DNA of 64,000 bases, taken from positions 1,472,001 through 1,536,000 of the forward strand of contig CBDCCK010000002.1 of NCBI GenBank assembly GCA_965214835.1. Direction: 5' to 3'. Numbering within the stretch: position 1 is the first letter of the stretch; every line of letters begins with the position of its first letter. The notes beneath the pieces were generated by a model. It was given only the letters and a program-made list of their open reading frames with translations, ran no database searches and was not told the DNA's origin. Shown here in pieces: positions 20,083 through 30,728 of this stretch. Both the position numbers and the translations under genes were made by a program. Source of the stretch: Nitrosopumilaceae archaeon (GTDB lineage: Archaea > Thermoproteota > Nitrososphaeria > Nitrososphaerales > Nitrosopumilaceae).

Positions 20083-20895
20083 CTACTTTCTTGCGACCTT
20101 TGAGATGATGTGCGAGCCCTTGCTGTATCCCTCGTAGATGTACACGCCTACTGCCTCCACGTTTGCAGGCAGCATCGGTGATAGTATCTTGATCAGCTCA
20201 GCTGCCAGGCTCTCGACTGTCGCCTCCCCCTCTAGGAGATACGTGGTATGCTTTGGGACCTGCAGGTCAAAGACCCCCTTTGGGCCCTCAAACCCGATCC
20301 TGTAGTGCGAGCCGTCCTCGGATCGGAGGTACCTTTCGTTGATGAAGAACTTGTGATCAAACGTATCGACGGCATCCTTGATGATCCTCTTGGCCTCGCC
20401 AAAGTCTACCAGCAGGTTGTTTCTCATCTGTCCGACCAGCTCCACCATTATTGACGAGGTGTGTCCGTGCAGGATGGAGCACTTTTCTACCAGCGGCAGG
20501 ATGTGCGCATAGTCAAACGCAAACGACGGGTCCTCCAGAAATATCGATCCCGTCTGCGGCGCCTTGTCATAAAATACGATCTCCTCCAGCTCCTTGATCT
20601 GCGCCGCATACTGCGGATGGCCGATTGCCATGATTTTCCGGTCCGGGAACATCTCCTTGATTGCCTTGTACTTTGCAACGTCCCCGTCTCCGTCTATCAC
20701 CTCGATTAGCCCGTCCCCCGTCTTAAAGTCGACCCTGATTTGGGGATCCGTGCTGATCGTGGCGTCGTACTCGTACTCTGTATTCAGAAACGACAGCATC
20801 TGCGCAATCGACAGCTCCGTTCTTGAGCGCATAAGGTTGTTGTTCTTATCCCGGTATCGAAAGTCCGAGTCTACAATGGCGGGACTGGCAGTCAT
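20083..20895 (-). CDS. queD: 6-pyruvoyl/6-carboxy-tetrahydropterin synthase (QueD-like) with an extra N-terminal domain
   Basis: FDYAHILP..KCSILHGH, LVDFG..K, FDHKFF; ATG at 20895 with a TATA-like element ~25 bp upstream. Confidence 0.75.
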   Translation of the reverse strand: MTASPAIVDSDFRYRDKNNNLMRSRTELSIAQMLSFLNTEYEYDATISTDPQIRVDFKTGDGLIEVIDGDGDVAKYKAIKEMFPDRKIMAIGHPQYAAQIKELEEIVFYDKAPQTGSIFLEDPSFAFDYAHILPLVEKCSILHGHTSSIMVELVGQMRNNLLVDFGEAKRIIKDAVDTFDHKFFINERYLRSEDGSHYRIGFEGPKGVFDLQVPKHTTYLLEGEATVESLAAELIKILSPMLPANVEAVGVYIYEGYSKGSHIISKVARK

Positions 20896-20936
20896 TTGGA
20901 GATCCTCCCCGCATTCAATATATAAATTCTGAAGGG

Positions 20937-21212
20937 TTACAGCGAGTTTAGAATCCTTGCAAGGGCGATGTCGTTTTGCGTGATGCCGCCTGCATCGTGC
21001 GTTATCAGGTCTACTGACAGCCTGTTGTACACGTTGAGCCATTCCGGGTGGTGGTTGATCTTCTCAATCTCCATTGCCGCCCTAGTCATGAACCCAAAGG
21101 CCTCGCCAAAGCTGGGAAACTCAAAGTCCTTGTGCAGCCTTCCGTCAACGACTGACCACCCCTCAAGCGAGGGCAGCTCCCCGGCAACCTCCTCCTCTGA
21201 TAGCCTAATCAT
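20937..21212 (-). CDS. Pterin-4-alpha-carbinolamine dehydratase
   Basis: LHKDFEFPSFGEAFGFM, NHHPEWLNVYNRL, THDAGGITQNDIALA; start at MIRLSEEE. Confidence 0.93.
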   Translation of the reverse strand: MIRLSEEEVAGELPSLEGWSVVDGRLHKDFEFPSFGEAFGFMTRAAMEIEKINHHPEWLNVYNRLSVDLITHDAGGITQNDIALARILNSL

Positions 21213-21274
21213 GACTGCCGATACGCCTGAAGCGTTATAACCATTTGCAATAATTTTAGTAGGGCGGGCCTGCC

Positions 21275-22048
21275 GTGGCTGCTGTGGACTCTGACGTACG
21301 GGCGCTGCTTGAGAGGGCGAGGCAGGCGATCTCGGAGGCGGTTCATCAAAAAAGGATCGGGGTTGCCTTCTCCGGCGGCGTGGACAGCTCCCTTGTAGCA
21401 AAGCTCTGCCATGACATGGGATATGATGTGACCCTGCTGACAGTTGGGTTTGCAGGCTCCCGCGACATCGACTCTGCAAGGGAGGTAAATGGGTATTACG
21501 GATACCCGCACGAGATCCTGGAGATCACGCATGACTCCTTTCGGAGGGTTCTTCCGGAGATCAGGGGGCGCATCCGAACCGACAACCTGTCCTGGATTGA
21601 GAACTCTATTGCGTTTTACTATGTCTCAAGGCTGGCCCGGGGAATCCGGATTGGTACCGTGGTCACCGCAAACGGAATTGACGAGCTGTTCTGCGGATAC
21701 AATGCGTACAGGGACGCCTTTGCAGGCGGCAGGCGGCGCATCATGGAGCTGATCGATGAAAGACTTGAAAACGAGCTCGGAATGTTTGAGGCCATAAATT
21801 CTGCGGCCTCAGAATTCGGGGTCTCCATAATACAGCCGCTGCTCTGCCCGGAGTTTGTAGAGTTTGCAAAGACCGTCCCGGTTGCACAAAAGATTACGGG
21901 CAGCGACGACCTGGTGAGAAAGCACGTGATCAGGCGGCTGGCGTCGCAGTGCGGCGTTCCGCAGGCCGCATGCGAGAGGAGAAAAAAGGCGCTGCAGTAC
22001 GGCTCGAAGATTCACAGGGCCCTGATGAGGTCTAGGAGAATTTCCTAG
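21275..22048 (+). CDS. Asparagine synthase C-terminal-domain (N-type ATP pyrophosphatase) protein
   Basis: AFSGGVDSSLVA PP-loop, NGIDELFCGY, RKKALQYGS; no glutaminase domain. Confidence 0.85.
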   Translation: MAAVDSDVRALLERARQAISEAVHQKRIGVAFSGGVDSSLVAKLCHDMGYDVTLLTVGFAGSRDIDSAREVNGYYGYPHEILEITHDSFRRVLPEIRGRIRTDNLSWIENSIAFYYVSRLARGIRIGTVVTANGIDELFCGYNAYRDAFAGGRRRIMELIDERLENELGMFEAINSAASEFGVSIIQPLLCPEFVEFAKTVPVAQKITGSDDLVRKHVIRRLASQCGVPQAACERRKKALQYGSKIHRALMRSRRIS

Positions 22049-23393
22049 CAGTCCTTTGCACGGACCTTTGCACGTTTGAGATGATTGTCCGCGACGCCCC
22101 CAGGTGGTTCTCGGGTACAAAGATTGCACGGATCTCCCCCTCTGCAAGCCTTGAGGAGATTGCCCCGTCCTGGATGACCGCACGCATATAGTCGCATCCT
22201 GCGTCCCTTGCCTCAAATGCAACCCTTTGCACGTCCCTGTATGCCACAAGCCTTGGAACGCCCTTTTTGATCAGCGCCTCTAGGACAAACTCGGCAAAGA
22301 TCTGCCCCCCCGTGACGTCGAGGTTCTCCCTCACCCGCCCCTCGTCTACGATCAGGCCGTCGACGATCCCCGTCATCGTCTCTAGCATCTCGTCTGCCAG
22401 TATTGCAGCAGTAGGCAGGATGAACCTCTCGTTGGCCGAGTTTGAAAGGTCCCGCTCGTGCCATAGCGGTATGTTCTCAAACGCAGGCCCGAGCTGGCCG
22501 CGCAGCAGCTTTGAGAGCGACGAGACCCTCTCGCTCTTGATTGGGTTTCTCTTGACGGGCACCGCACTGCTTCCCATCTGCCCCCTCTTGAACCGTTCGG
22601 CGACCTCGCCGATCTCGGTCCGCTGCAGGTTTCTGATCTCGACTGCCATCTTTTCCAGCGTGGCCCCGATCAGGGCAAGCTCAAAGATGTATTCGGCATA
22701 CCTCTCCCTAGGGACTACCTGTGTGGCGACCTCTGCCGGGTGCAGCCCCAGTCTTTTTGCGACTCTTGCCTGCACGCGCAGGGCCCCCGAGCCCATCAGG
22801 GAGCCGGTTCCGACCACGCCTAGCGTCTTGCATATCAGAACGCGCTTTTTGATCTCCTCGATCCTCTCAAGGTGCCTTGACATCTCCGCTGCCCAGTTTG
22901 CAAATTTTAGTCCGAACGAGATGATGCTTGCATGCTGTCCGTGCGTCCTGCCTACTGCCGGAAGATCCTTGTACCTTGCCGCCATTTTTGTCAGCATCAG
23001 CGAAATCCCGGCTGCCTTTGGCTGGATGATCTGCAGGGCGTCTCGCATCTGCATGGAGTTGCTCGTGTCTACAAGATCGTTGCTAGTCAGTCCAAAGTGT
23101 ATCCACGGCCTTGATGAGGCCTTGCACTTTTCGCCTAACGCCTCGACTAGCGCCGCCGTATCGTGATCACTTTTTGCCTCCAGCTGCCTGATTCTTTTTG
23201 CAGTGATCTTTCCGGAGCTTGCCACCCTGAGGATGTCGCGTCCGGCCGATCTTGGGATCATTCCAATCTCGCCTTGCGATACCGCAGCTGCCCCCTCGAT
23301 CTGCAGCTGGTAGTCTACCTTGCTTTGTTCGCCAAAGACTGCAGCCATCTCTTTTGTTCCGTATCTTCCGCCGTCGATGGGTAGGATCGCCAA
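22032..23393 (-). CDS. purB: Adenylosuccinate lyase
   Basis: GLTSNDLVDT, GRTHGQHA, GSSAVPVKRNPIKSE, WHERDLSNS. Confidence 0.96.
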   Translation of the reverse strand: MAILPIDGGRYGTKEMAAVFGEQSKVDYQLQIEGAAAVSQGEIGMIPRSAGRDILRVASSGKITAKRIRQLEAKSDHDTAALVEALGEKCKASSRPWIHFGLTSNDLVDTSNSMQMRDALQIIQPKAAGISLMLTKMAARYKDLPAVGRTHGQHASIISFGLKFANWAAEMSRHLERIEEIKKRVLICKTLGVVGTGSLMGSGALRVQARVAKRLGLHPAEVATQVVPRERYAEYIFELALIGATLEKMAVEIRNLQRTEIGEVAERFKRGQMGSSAVPVKRNPIKSERVSSLSKLLRGQLGPAFENIPLWHERDLSNSANERFILPTAAILADEMLETMTGIVDGLIVDEGRVRENLDVTGGQIFAEFVLEALIKKGVPRLVAYRDVQRVAFEARDAGCDYMRAVIQDGAISSRLAEGEIRAIFVPENHLGASRTIISNVQRSVQRTARKFS

Positions 23394-23426
23394 TGTCCAA
23401 GGTGGGGTCTTTATTGAAAATAAATC

Positions 23427-23890
23427 TACTGTATGAGGTATCTGTTGCAGCAGACTACAAGATACGGCGTAGCAGGCGTGATCATGAGGGCTCCGACCGG
23501 CAGTGCCGCCTGATGGTTACACATCTTGTGAAGGTTCGTAGATCTCCACCATGGCCACCCTGACATGGGCAAGACGAAAATCCCATGGATGCCATGACGG
23601 TGATAGACAATGTAGTACGGCACAAGACCAAGAAGGTTCGCAGATGCCTGAAGAAAAATCCAGGTGTTGTCCTGCTGTACCTGCCGGTAGCTATGCCGGA
23701 GCTGAGCGCCATAGAGGCAGTCTGGAAGGATGCCAAGTACAGGCTGGTCACGTCGGCCTTTTACGACACGGTGGATCGCCTCAAAAGGGCCGTCTCGGAA
23801 TACTTTAGGACGTGTTCCATCGTGGTTGATATCTACAAGTATCTTGAGCGCAGCTTGTAAGGGAGGCGAAATTTTCAATGGTCATCAGTA
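23427..23890 (+). pseudogene. IS630-family remnant (C-terminal transposase fragment 23585-23860)
   Basis: IDNVVRHK...LLYLP..PELSAIEAVWK; 3' end shared with 44204-44310 and 51830-51936. Confidence 0.75.
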
Positions 23891-24050
23891 TAGCTAACAA
23901 GGGGACGTGACCACACACGACGTTGAAGGCGCTGAATCGGAACGCGCACTCGCATATCTTAAAACTTCACTTCTGCCGTCTGTCGGCCCTGATTTGGCAA
24001 AACCAGCCGTCCTTTCATCAGTGCTGTCTTCTGGAATCCTGGGGCCAGAG

Positions 24051-25742
24051 TCATAGACCTTTCTGGTTTTTGATGGCATCCCAACTAGGATCCTCCTTTT
24101 TGACCCATAGGAATTTTTTCTGCAATGCCGGGGTGTATAGTTTTTCCCATTCGGCATCGACCTCATCTGTCCAAGCTTTGAAGACTATTGGATCGATGTA
24201 GTTTTTAAGAGACGTGCCCAGGTTGTAGTCCCTTGTCTGCTCAGACAAGTCAATTTGTAATCTTAGTTTCTCAACCCTCTCCCTGTGTCTTGTTTTTTGT
24301 TTTTTGATTTGTTTATTCAGTGTCTTGATTCTCTTTGCCTTGTTCTTCTTTTTGGCCTCTGTTTTTGGTTCAGATGCCTTGACTTTTTTCAGCGTTTCCT
24401 GGGTTTTGCCCCATGTTTTGTTTTGTTCAACTTTTTTCAGGGTATCGCGTTTTTTCTGCAATGATTGCTCAAACGTCTTGGGAATTGTCCTTTTGTGGTT
24501 GCACATGATTGCAGCCTCCAGGTTGGCCAGCTTTGCATGGTAAATCTTTGCACTTGGACTCTCCTTCCCTATGTCGTCATGTTGGCAAAGATAGTCTTTG
24601 ACCTTGGTTGTTGCCAGGCATGTTCTGAACACTTTGGCAGTTAGCCCCTCTACAATTCCAGAGAAATACCTGTTGACATCCCTGGATGTAACTTTGTCAA
24701 AAATATCCTCGCTTGGTTTTTTCTTTTCGATTGATTTTCGGAGGTTTTCTAGAAACTGCCTGTCGTCTCCTTCCACCTTTAGCGTTTCTTGCCATCTTAC
24801 ACTGTCCTTTCCCAAAAAGTCAAACTCTATCTGATCAGATGTGATCTTTACGTGCTCCTTCCTAAGCGTTGTCGCGCCGACTGTGTCTGCCTCATCTTCA
24901 CCCTTCTCATCTCCTACCCTCATTGCGGTTCTATAAATCAAATAGCATGCGGTGGCAACCTTGCCTTTCTTTGCATCCTTCATGTCTCTGACCATTGCCT
25001 TCCTGATTTTCCCTATCTCTTTTCGAAGTTTTGCTGCTTTTTCATATTTTTCCCTGTCTTTGCCTTGTTTTAGATCGGAGCTGTCAGAAAGCCAGACGTA
25101 TTTCGTCTTCTTGGTGAGAAAGTCCGTCCATCTTGCCAGCCACATGGAATCCTGATCATGCCTGATCTCCTTCCAATCGCCTTTTGGTTTTGGCGCCTTT
25201 TTTCCAAGATTTAAAATCACGTCCTTCTTGGCAATTCTGGGCTTCCATTTGCCTCTGAGCGGATGTTCTCCCCTGCCGATAAAAATTCCAGGCGGCTCGG
25301 CCATATAGTTCCCAACCTCGACTTCAACCAGCCTTCCGCCTTTTTTTAGCTGCATTTTGGCAGTTCCATATTCGGCTTTGAGCTCTTCTCGTAGTTCTTT
25401 TCTCTTTTTTGCCTGCTCTTTTTTTTCCTCCTTGGACATCGCCTCCCTGCGATATTTTTCCACGTCTATCAGCTTGTAGGCCTGAGAAAAGTCAATATCC
25501 CCATATGAAATTTTTTTGAATTTGGGGCCCAACCTCTCTGCAAAATCTGCCGTAAAATTCCTTTGGAAAACCTTGTCTTGGACATAAGGCGTGTCCTTCT
25601 TTTTTGCCCACTGGTACACCATCTCTTCCTGTTCTAGATTGAGCTCGACACTTTCTCCCCTGATCTTTATCTTGATCCCCTTGGATTCAAAATCGGGTGG
25701 AAAAAGGATTCCATTATGTTCTAATTTTTCCCATTTTGCCAT
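24051..25742 (-). CDS. DNA topoisomerase IB (eukaryote-like)
   Basis: WEKLEHNGILFPP, EPPGIFIGRGEHP, AMRVGDEK, TVGATTLR, FDFLGKDSV, TAKVFRT, CNHKRTIPK, NLGTSLKNYIDP. Confidence 0.96.
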   Translation of the reverse strand: MAKWEKLEHNGILFPPDFESKGIKIKIRGESVELNLEQEEMVYQWAKKKDTPYVQDKVFQRNFTADFAERLGPKFKKISYGDIDFSQAYKLIDVEKYRREAMSKEEKKEQAKKRKELREELKAEYGTAKMQLKKGGRLVEVEVGNYMAEPPGIFIGRGEHPLRGKWKPRIAKKDVILNLGKKAPKPKGDWKEIRHDQDSMWLARWTDFLTKKTKYVWLSDSSDLKQGKDREKYEKAAKLRKEIGKIRKAMVRDMKDAKKGKVATACYLIYRTAMRVGDEKGEDEADTVGATTLRKEHVKITSDQIEFDFLGKDSVRWQETLKVEGDDRQFLENLRKSIEKKKPSEDIFDKVTSRDVNRYFSGIVEGLTAKVFRTCLATTKVKDYLCQHDDIGKESPSAKIYHAKLANLEAAIMCNHKRTIPKTFEQSLQKKRDTLKKVEQNKTWGKTQETLKKVKASEPKTEAKKKNKAKRIKTLNKQIKKQKTRHRERVEKLRLQIDLSEQTRDYNLGTSLKNYIDPIVFKAWTDEVDAEWEKLYTPALQKKFLWVKKEDPSWDAIKNQKGL

Positions 25743-25818
25743 TCTCTTCACTCTGAAATTGTAGACTTTGACAAAAACTGAATTTCATTCGTATATCAAG
25801 TTAACGTAGGCATGGCAT

Positions 25819-27433
25819 GTATGAGTTTACCCCTCAGGCGACGCTGCCAGTCAGGGTCTTGACGAGCATTTCCCTCACGCCGCACCCCCGGGCGCGCCAG
25901 TTCATCGCGCACGTCATCAATACGGTGAATATCTCCATGCCTTCCATGGTACGGAGTCCCTGGAATACCTTGCGCGCAATTACGGACGGCCTCAGCATGC
26001 GCTAGGCCAGGTTGTTGGTGGACTCCATGCCCGGGTATGGCACGAACGTGTACAGGCATTCCGCGGCGTTCCCAAACTTCGTGGCAAATCTTTCGCATCC
26101 GGCCTCCCTGCCGAATGCCTCGGCCAGCCCGCGCGTTTCTGCCACCAGCATGTCGTGCCGGGCGGCGTCCTCCTCCGGCGGCCCCGGCCCCTTGGCGCAA
26201 TGCATCTGCCACTTGAGGCGCTCGCCTGCGGCGCGAACCTCCGGGGAGTCCGTTTTCTCGCTTTGGGCATCTGCCTCCCGGATTATGTGGGCCCAGCACC
26301 GCTGCCTGTTCCTGCCAAAGAACTTGTCGTATCCGGGGTATCCGTCAGTCACCCCGACTCTGGGCACGTATGAAAAGTGCTCATCCAGTACGGATGCCCT
26401 CCTGCTGTCAGTTGCCACCATGTGCGCGCCGACGGCATTGCCGTCCTTGACGCCCACTGCCACCCACATGTAGCCGCTCTTGCCGTCGTATGGCATCCCC
26501 GTCTCGTCCATGTGGACGTGGTCGCATCCTGCAATGTCTTTTTTGATGTCCTCCACGCACGGATCAAGCTTCTTTGCAACGGCCTTGAGGCAGTTCTGTA
26601 TCATCGCCTTGCTTACATCAATTTCAAAGATCTCCTTTACGATGCGCCTGATCGAGCCGACGGATGCCGGCATGGTGTACAGGGTGCCGATATAGGAGGC
26701 AATGTTGGGTCCAAACTCGGTGCCAGGTAACAGCTCGGGCTCTGGAAGTGATTTATGATTTTAGGCACAAATTACATCTGCGAAGATCCCTTTGGCGATA
26801 AAATTCATGCCTGAACTTCCAGAGCCCGAGCTGTTACGGTGCCAGGGACTACCAGCCCGTCCCCGTTTGTCGTGGTGATGGCGCCGCACTTGCGGCACTT
26901 GCGGCGGGTAAAGTAGTGCTGTGTCGTGACCGGCTCTGGGATCTCTGGAATGTCAGTAGCCATCCTGGTTCCGGTGGGAACCGGATCTGTCAGGTCGCGC
27001 CCGTTGCACGCGCCGCACATGTCAGGCACGTGCGTTTTGTACCGGGTCGGTGTTCTCCTGTGTGATATGCCCTCGTGTCCGGGCCTGCGGCCCGGCCTTG
27101 CCGGTGCCCTTCCAGATGCCCCTGCCGCGGCTGCTGCCTTTTTCTGCCTGGTCGGAATCGAGTTCTGCGAGGAGGGGCTGTGCGGGTTCTCATAGTATTT
27201 GATGCGCTGTTCAAGCTGCTTGATTCTTGCGGCATCCTCGGCATGTTGCATGGCAGATGCTGCCCTCTCTATGTCAAGCTCCCCCTGCGTCTTCTGAAGC
27301 TCCGCTTTGACGCAGGCAAGCTCCTTGGACAATGCCTTGAATTCCGAGGCTGTAGACATGTGTTTCCCGGGTAATGATAGTTTATAGATCAGGTGGTCAT
27401 AAAAAATCAACTAGGCAGGGGCTATCCTGTTAC
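25819..27433 (-). mobile_element. IS66-family element, inactivated (MITE insertion plus nonsense codon at ~26002), probably chimeric
   Basis: NPHSPSSQ, GRRPGHEG, zinc finger, HMDETG, TDGY, QRCWAHI, TNNLA; ends GTATGAGTTTACCCCT (25819) and GGGCTATCCTGTTAC (27433). Confidence 0.88.
26727..26837. mobile_element. MITE family B (111 bp) inserted in the IS66 transposase
   Basis: TIR GTAACAGCTCGGGCTCTGGAAGT / ACTTCCAGAGCCCGAGCTGTTAC; 8-bp TSD GGTGCCAG at 26719-26726 and 26838-26845. Confidence 0.93.
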
Positions 27434-27511
27434 GACCGAAGGATCTGAAGGCGTACCGGGAGGGAAAGGGATCCGACGGGTCGGGGGCCGGGATGCCGCG
27501 GTGGCCCCGCG

Positions 27512-28701
27512 TCACCCTGGCCCGATTTCCTTGAGAATCCCAACGAGCCTTTCGGTGGCCACGCCGTTATCCCAGCTGTCCCGTACGAACCTGCGCCCGT
27601 GCCTTCCCATCTCCTGCGCCCTATCTGCGTCGCCCAGCAGCAGCGAAATTCTTTTTATCCATCCCATATGATCCCCCTGTCTGACCAGAAACCCGGTCTT
27701 GCCGTCCAGCATCGTCGCCGATATGTAGTCGCTTTCGGTGGCGATCGCCGGCACCCCCATGGACATTGCCATTTTCAGCGAGTATGGCGACATTTCGATG
27801 GCGCTGGCAAGGCCGTAGATGTCGATCGAGGAGAGGTACTCTCTGAGCCTGTCGGGGTATTCGAGCGCCCCCAGCCACTCAAAGTTGTCGTATCCGGCCA
27901 GCTGTTCGAGTATCCTGTCGCGGTACCGTCCGTCGCCGGCCCAGTAGAACGTCACGTGCGGGAGTGCCTTGACGACCCGGCGCAGGACCAGCATCTCCTT
28001 TGCCTTGAACCACTCGTTGGCATACTGCAACAGGCCCACGCACGGATGCTTCAGCGCCATGCCCCTGCCATTGCGTCCGTCGCCACTCCAATAGTCCGTA
28101 TGTATGAGGTCACCTACCCCTGTCAATCAGGCACGAATTGACATCTATGACTGTGATTTTCACGCCTAGACAGCAGGGGGACGTGACCACATACGTCCGT
28201 ATCTATGCTGGAATAGGGGAACGTCGCCACGCTGCTTCGAGGGTAGTGCTTCCTTATGGTATCTGCTATGGAGTCGGTCTCGGCAAGTATGACCGAGGCC
28301 CTCCTCAGGCAGGGATTCATCATGCGGGCCCGTACGGCATGATATATGCTGCGATAAACCATCCTGTCCTTTCTTTCCATTTCCCGGTACGACCAGTTGT
28401 CCCAGAAATACACCAGCACCGGTATTTTTTTACAGGCTGCAACCGGCCCCAGCTCGTTTGGCACGTCAAGTACTACGGCGTCGGGTTCGAACTCGTCGAG
28501 CAGCCGCTCAAAGCGCCTTTTCTTTGACGTGTTGAGCACCGGAAGCCTCGTGATGACGTTTCCCAGATACTCCCTGCGTACGACCCTACTGTACTCGATG
28601 CCGCGCTTTTCCAGGTTTTTTATGAGCTTGCCCTGCAGTATCCATTTTGAGTTCGAACCGGGCGTGGAGTCCTGGCCTGTGGAAACAAAGAGCAGCCGCA
28701 T
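27512..28701 (-). pseudogene. GT4-family glycosyltransferase split by MITE A
   Basis: Removing the MITE and one TSD joins ...YSSIDTD|YWSGD... into one GT-B frame (EFEPDAVV, DGKTGFLV, MGRHGRRFV). Confidence 0.87.
28102..28194. mobile_element. MITE family A (93 bp)
   Basis: TIR GTATGAGGTCAC / GTGACCACATAC; 8-bp TSD GTCCGTAT at 28094-28101 and 28195-28202. Confidence 0.93.
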
Positions 28702-28866
28702 GGCGGGGCTTGTCCTGTTTGGTTAATAAGCCGTGTGCAGGGTACAACATAATTTTCATATAATACACTACGCGATCATGGTATATGGATCAGCATCGTC
28801 AGTATTGTTTGACCTATTGTGGGGGGGGGGGCAGGTGATCTCATACCGAGGGAGGGTATGTGCCTA

Positions 28867-30060
28867 ATGCGTGTAATCTCCCTTACCACAACATATCCAG
28901 ATTCATACGCATCCGCAAAGCCAAGATTTGTTCACCTGTTAAACAAGGGACTGGCAAACCTTGGAATTGATGTCTTGACGATCTGTCCGCATTCGGGTAA
29001 TGCTGCAAAATCTGAGACTATTGAAGGCGTGGAAGTTAAGAGGTTCAAGTACATTCCCAAAAGATTTGCACTAGGGAACTCTATTTCGGAAAAATCACAG
29101 ATCAAGTCCGCCTATTTTGAGATCGCAATCATGGTCACGGTATTCTTCTTTACTACGCTGGTTTCATGCATGAAAAACAGGCCAGATATCATCCACGGTC
29201 AGTGGGCGTTTCCCAGCGGTTACATTGCATGTCTTCTGGCAAGGATGTTTTCTGCAAAGCCCGTCATAACAGCACACTATGGCGAAATCCCACCATTGCA
29301 AAAATTCCCGTTTTTGAGAAAAAGAGTGGTCAGCATGCTCAACAAATCCCACAAAGTAATCGCCAACAGCAACTACACGAAAGGAAAACTGATGGAGATT
29401 GGCATAAAAGAAAAAAAGATCACAATCGTCCGTCCTATCCCAAATTTTGTATCGCATGAGCCCGACAGGGAGTTTCTTAAAGAGTTCAAAAGCAGGTTTG
29501 CACCGCCGGATCATAAGATAATATTGTTTTGTGGACGTCTTGTAGAGCACAAGGGCGTACAATACCTGATACGATCCATTCCCGCAGTCAAGACAAAGAA
29601 CATACGCCTTGTTGTTGCAGGCGACGGGATTGTAAAAAACAAGCTAAAAGAGCTTGCAGAAAGCCTAGATTTGGGTGACAGGATAACATTCTACGGCAAG
29701 CCAACTTACAGGGAGCTGGGCTTGCTGCACGACATCAGTGACGTTTTTGTGTGTCCGTCAATAATAGACTCCCGGGGACTTACCGATGGACTGGGCCTTG
29801 TAGTTCCAGAAGCCATGGAGTCCGGCCTGCCGGTGGTTGCCAGCTCGGTTGGTGGCATCGTGGATGTCATACAGCATAAGAACAACGGCGTGCTAGTCCC
29901 AGAAAAGAGCCCTGATTCCATAGCAAATGCAATTGATGAGATTTTTACAGATTCGAAACTGCGTAGTACGATGATCCACAATGCGAGGGACACTGTCAGG
30001 AAAATGTTTTTGCCAAAAGCTATCGTCGAGCAACACATGCAAATCTTTAGAAGCGTATGA
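28867..30060 (+). CDS. GT4-family glycosyltransferase
   Basis: PDIIHGQW, ILFCGRLVEHKGVQYLI, DVFVCPS, EAMESGLPVVASSVGGI. Confidence 0.92.
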   Translation: MRVISLTTTYPDSYASAKPRFVHLLNKGLANLGIDVLTICPHSGNAAKSETIEGVEVKRFKYIPKRFALGNSISEKSQIKSAYFEIAIMVTVFFFTTLVSCMKNRPDIIHGQWAFPSGYIACLLARMFSAKPVITAHYGEIPPLQKFPFLRKRVVSMLNKSHKVIANSNYTKGKLMEIGIKEKKITIVRPIPNFVSHEPDREFLKEFKSRFAPPDHKIILFCGRLVEHKGVQYLIRSIPAVKTKNIRLVVAGDGIVKNKLKELAESLDLGDRITFYGKPTYRELGLLHDISDVFVCPSIIDSRGLTDGLGLVVPEAMESGLPVVASSVGGIVDVIQHKNNGVLVPEKSPDSIANAIDEIFTDSKLRSTMIHNARDTVRKMFLPKAIVEQHMQIFRSV

Positions 30061-30065
30061 CAACC

Positions 30066-30155
30066 TATAGTGAAGAGCATAAGTTCCTCAACAACGAAAA
30101 GCATTTCCCTGTGTAGTTCATGCCCACATGTGTTGAAGAATTTTTGCTCGCCACT
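30066..30155. mobile_element. MITE family C (IS630-type ends), diverged copy
   Basis: TATAGTGAAGAGCATAAGT...TTGCTCGCCACT; reverse homolog of 47230-47322; end resembles that of IS630 52752. Confidence 0.6.
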
Positions 30156-30212
30156 CCCATATGAAATCGTACCCGATCCTACCGTGGGCCCTTGCAGGTG
30201 TCGTGTTCCAAA

Positions 30213-30728
30213 TCAGGATGATCTTGTCATGCAGAGCATCCTCTTATACTTTCGCTGCGTGAGATCCTTGTTCTGCGTCCGGTACTCCTCTCCGGTGGTC
30301 AGCATGTGCCAGATTACTTCCGTCATGTGCCTTGCCACTACAACCTTTGCCTTTTGCCATCCTCTCTTCTTCTTGACTCTGTCAAATATCTCCTTCATTC
30401 TGGGATCACTTCTCACCGCGACGGTGGCCGAGTTGACCATCACCCGGCGCAGCCATGCAGATCCCTGCTTTGTTATGCCGCCTCCCCTGTGCCTGTCCGC
30501 GCTGTCCCTGCGCGACGGAACCAGGCCGACGTATGACACGAGCTTTTCGGGGGTGGCAAACCTCTTGATGTCGACTAGCTCCGATATTATCGTCTGTGCA
30601 GTGATGTGGCTTATTCCCGGCATGCTCATCGCCAGCTTGGCCCTCGGGTCGGCCTCCGATACCGACGCAATGCGGCACTCCAGATCCCTTATCTGATCCC
30701 TCACCCTTGACAGGTCGTCCAGGTACAT
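30213..30728 (-). pseudogene. IS110 transposase C-terminal fragment, truncated by an ISH3-type element
   Basis: MPGIS, YVGLVPSRRDSA, GGITKQGSAWLR, AKVVVARH. Confidence 0.87.

Noticed and set aside
20896-21479. Extended N-termini of the QueD and PCD ORFs in the ORF track
   Set aside because: They overlap neighbouring genes; downstream ATGs with TATA-like elements fit better
24051-25742. Topoisomerase IB as a novel or horizontally acquired gene
   Set aside because: Known core feature of Thaumarchaeota; its A-richness is largely explained by high lysine content
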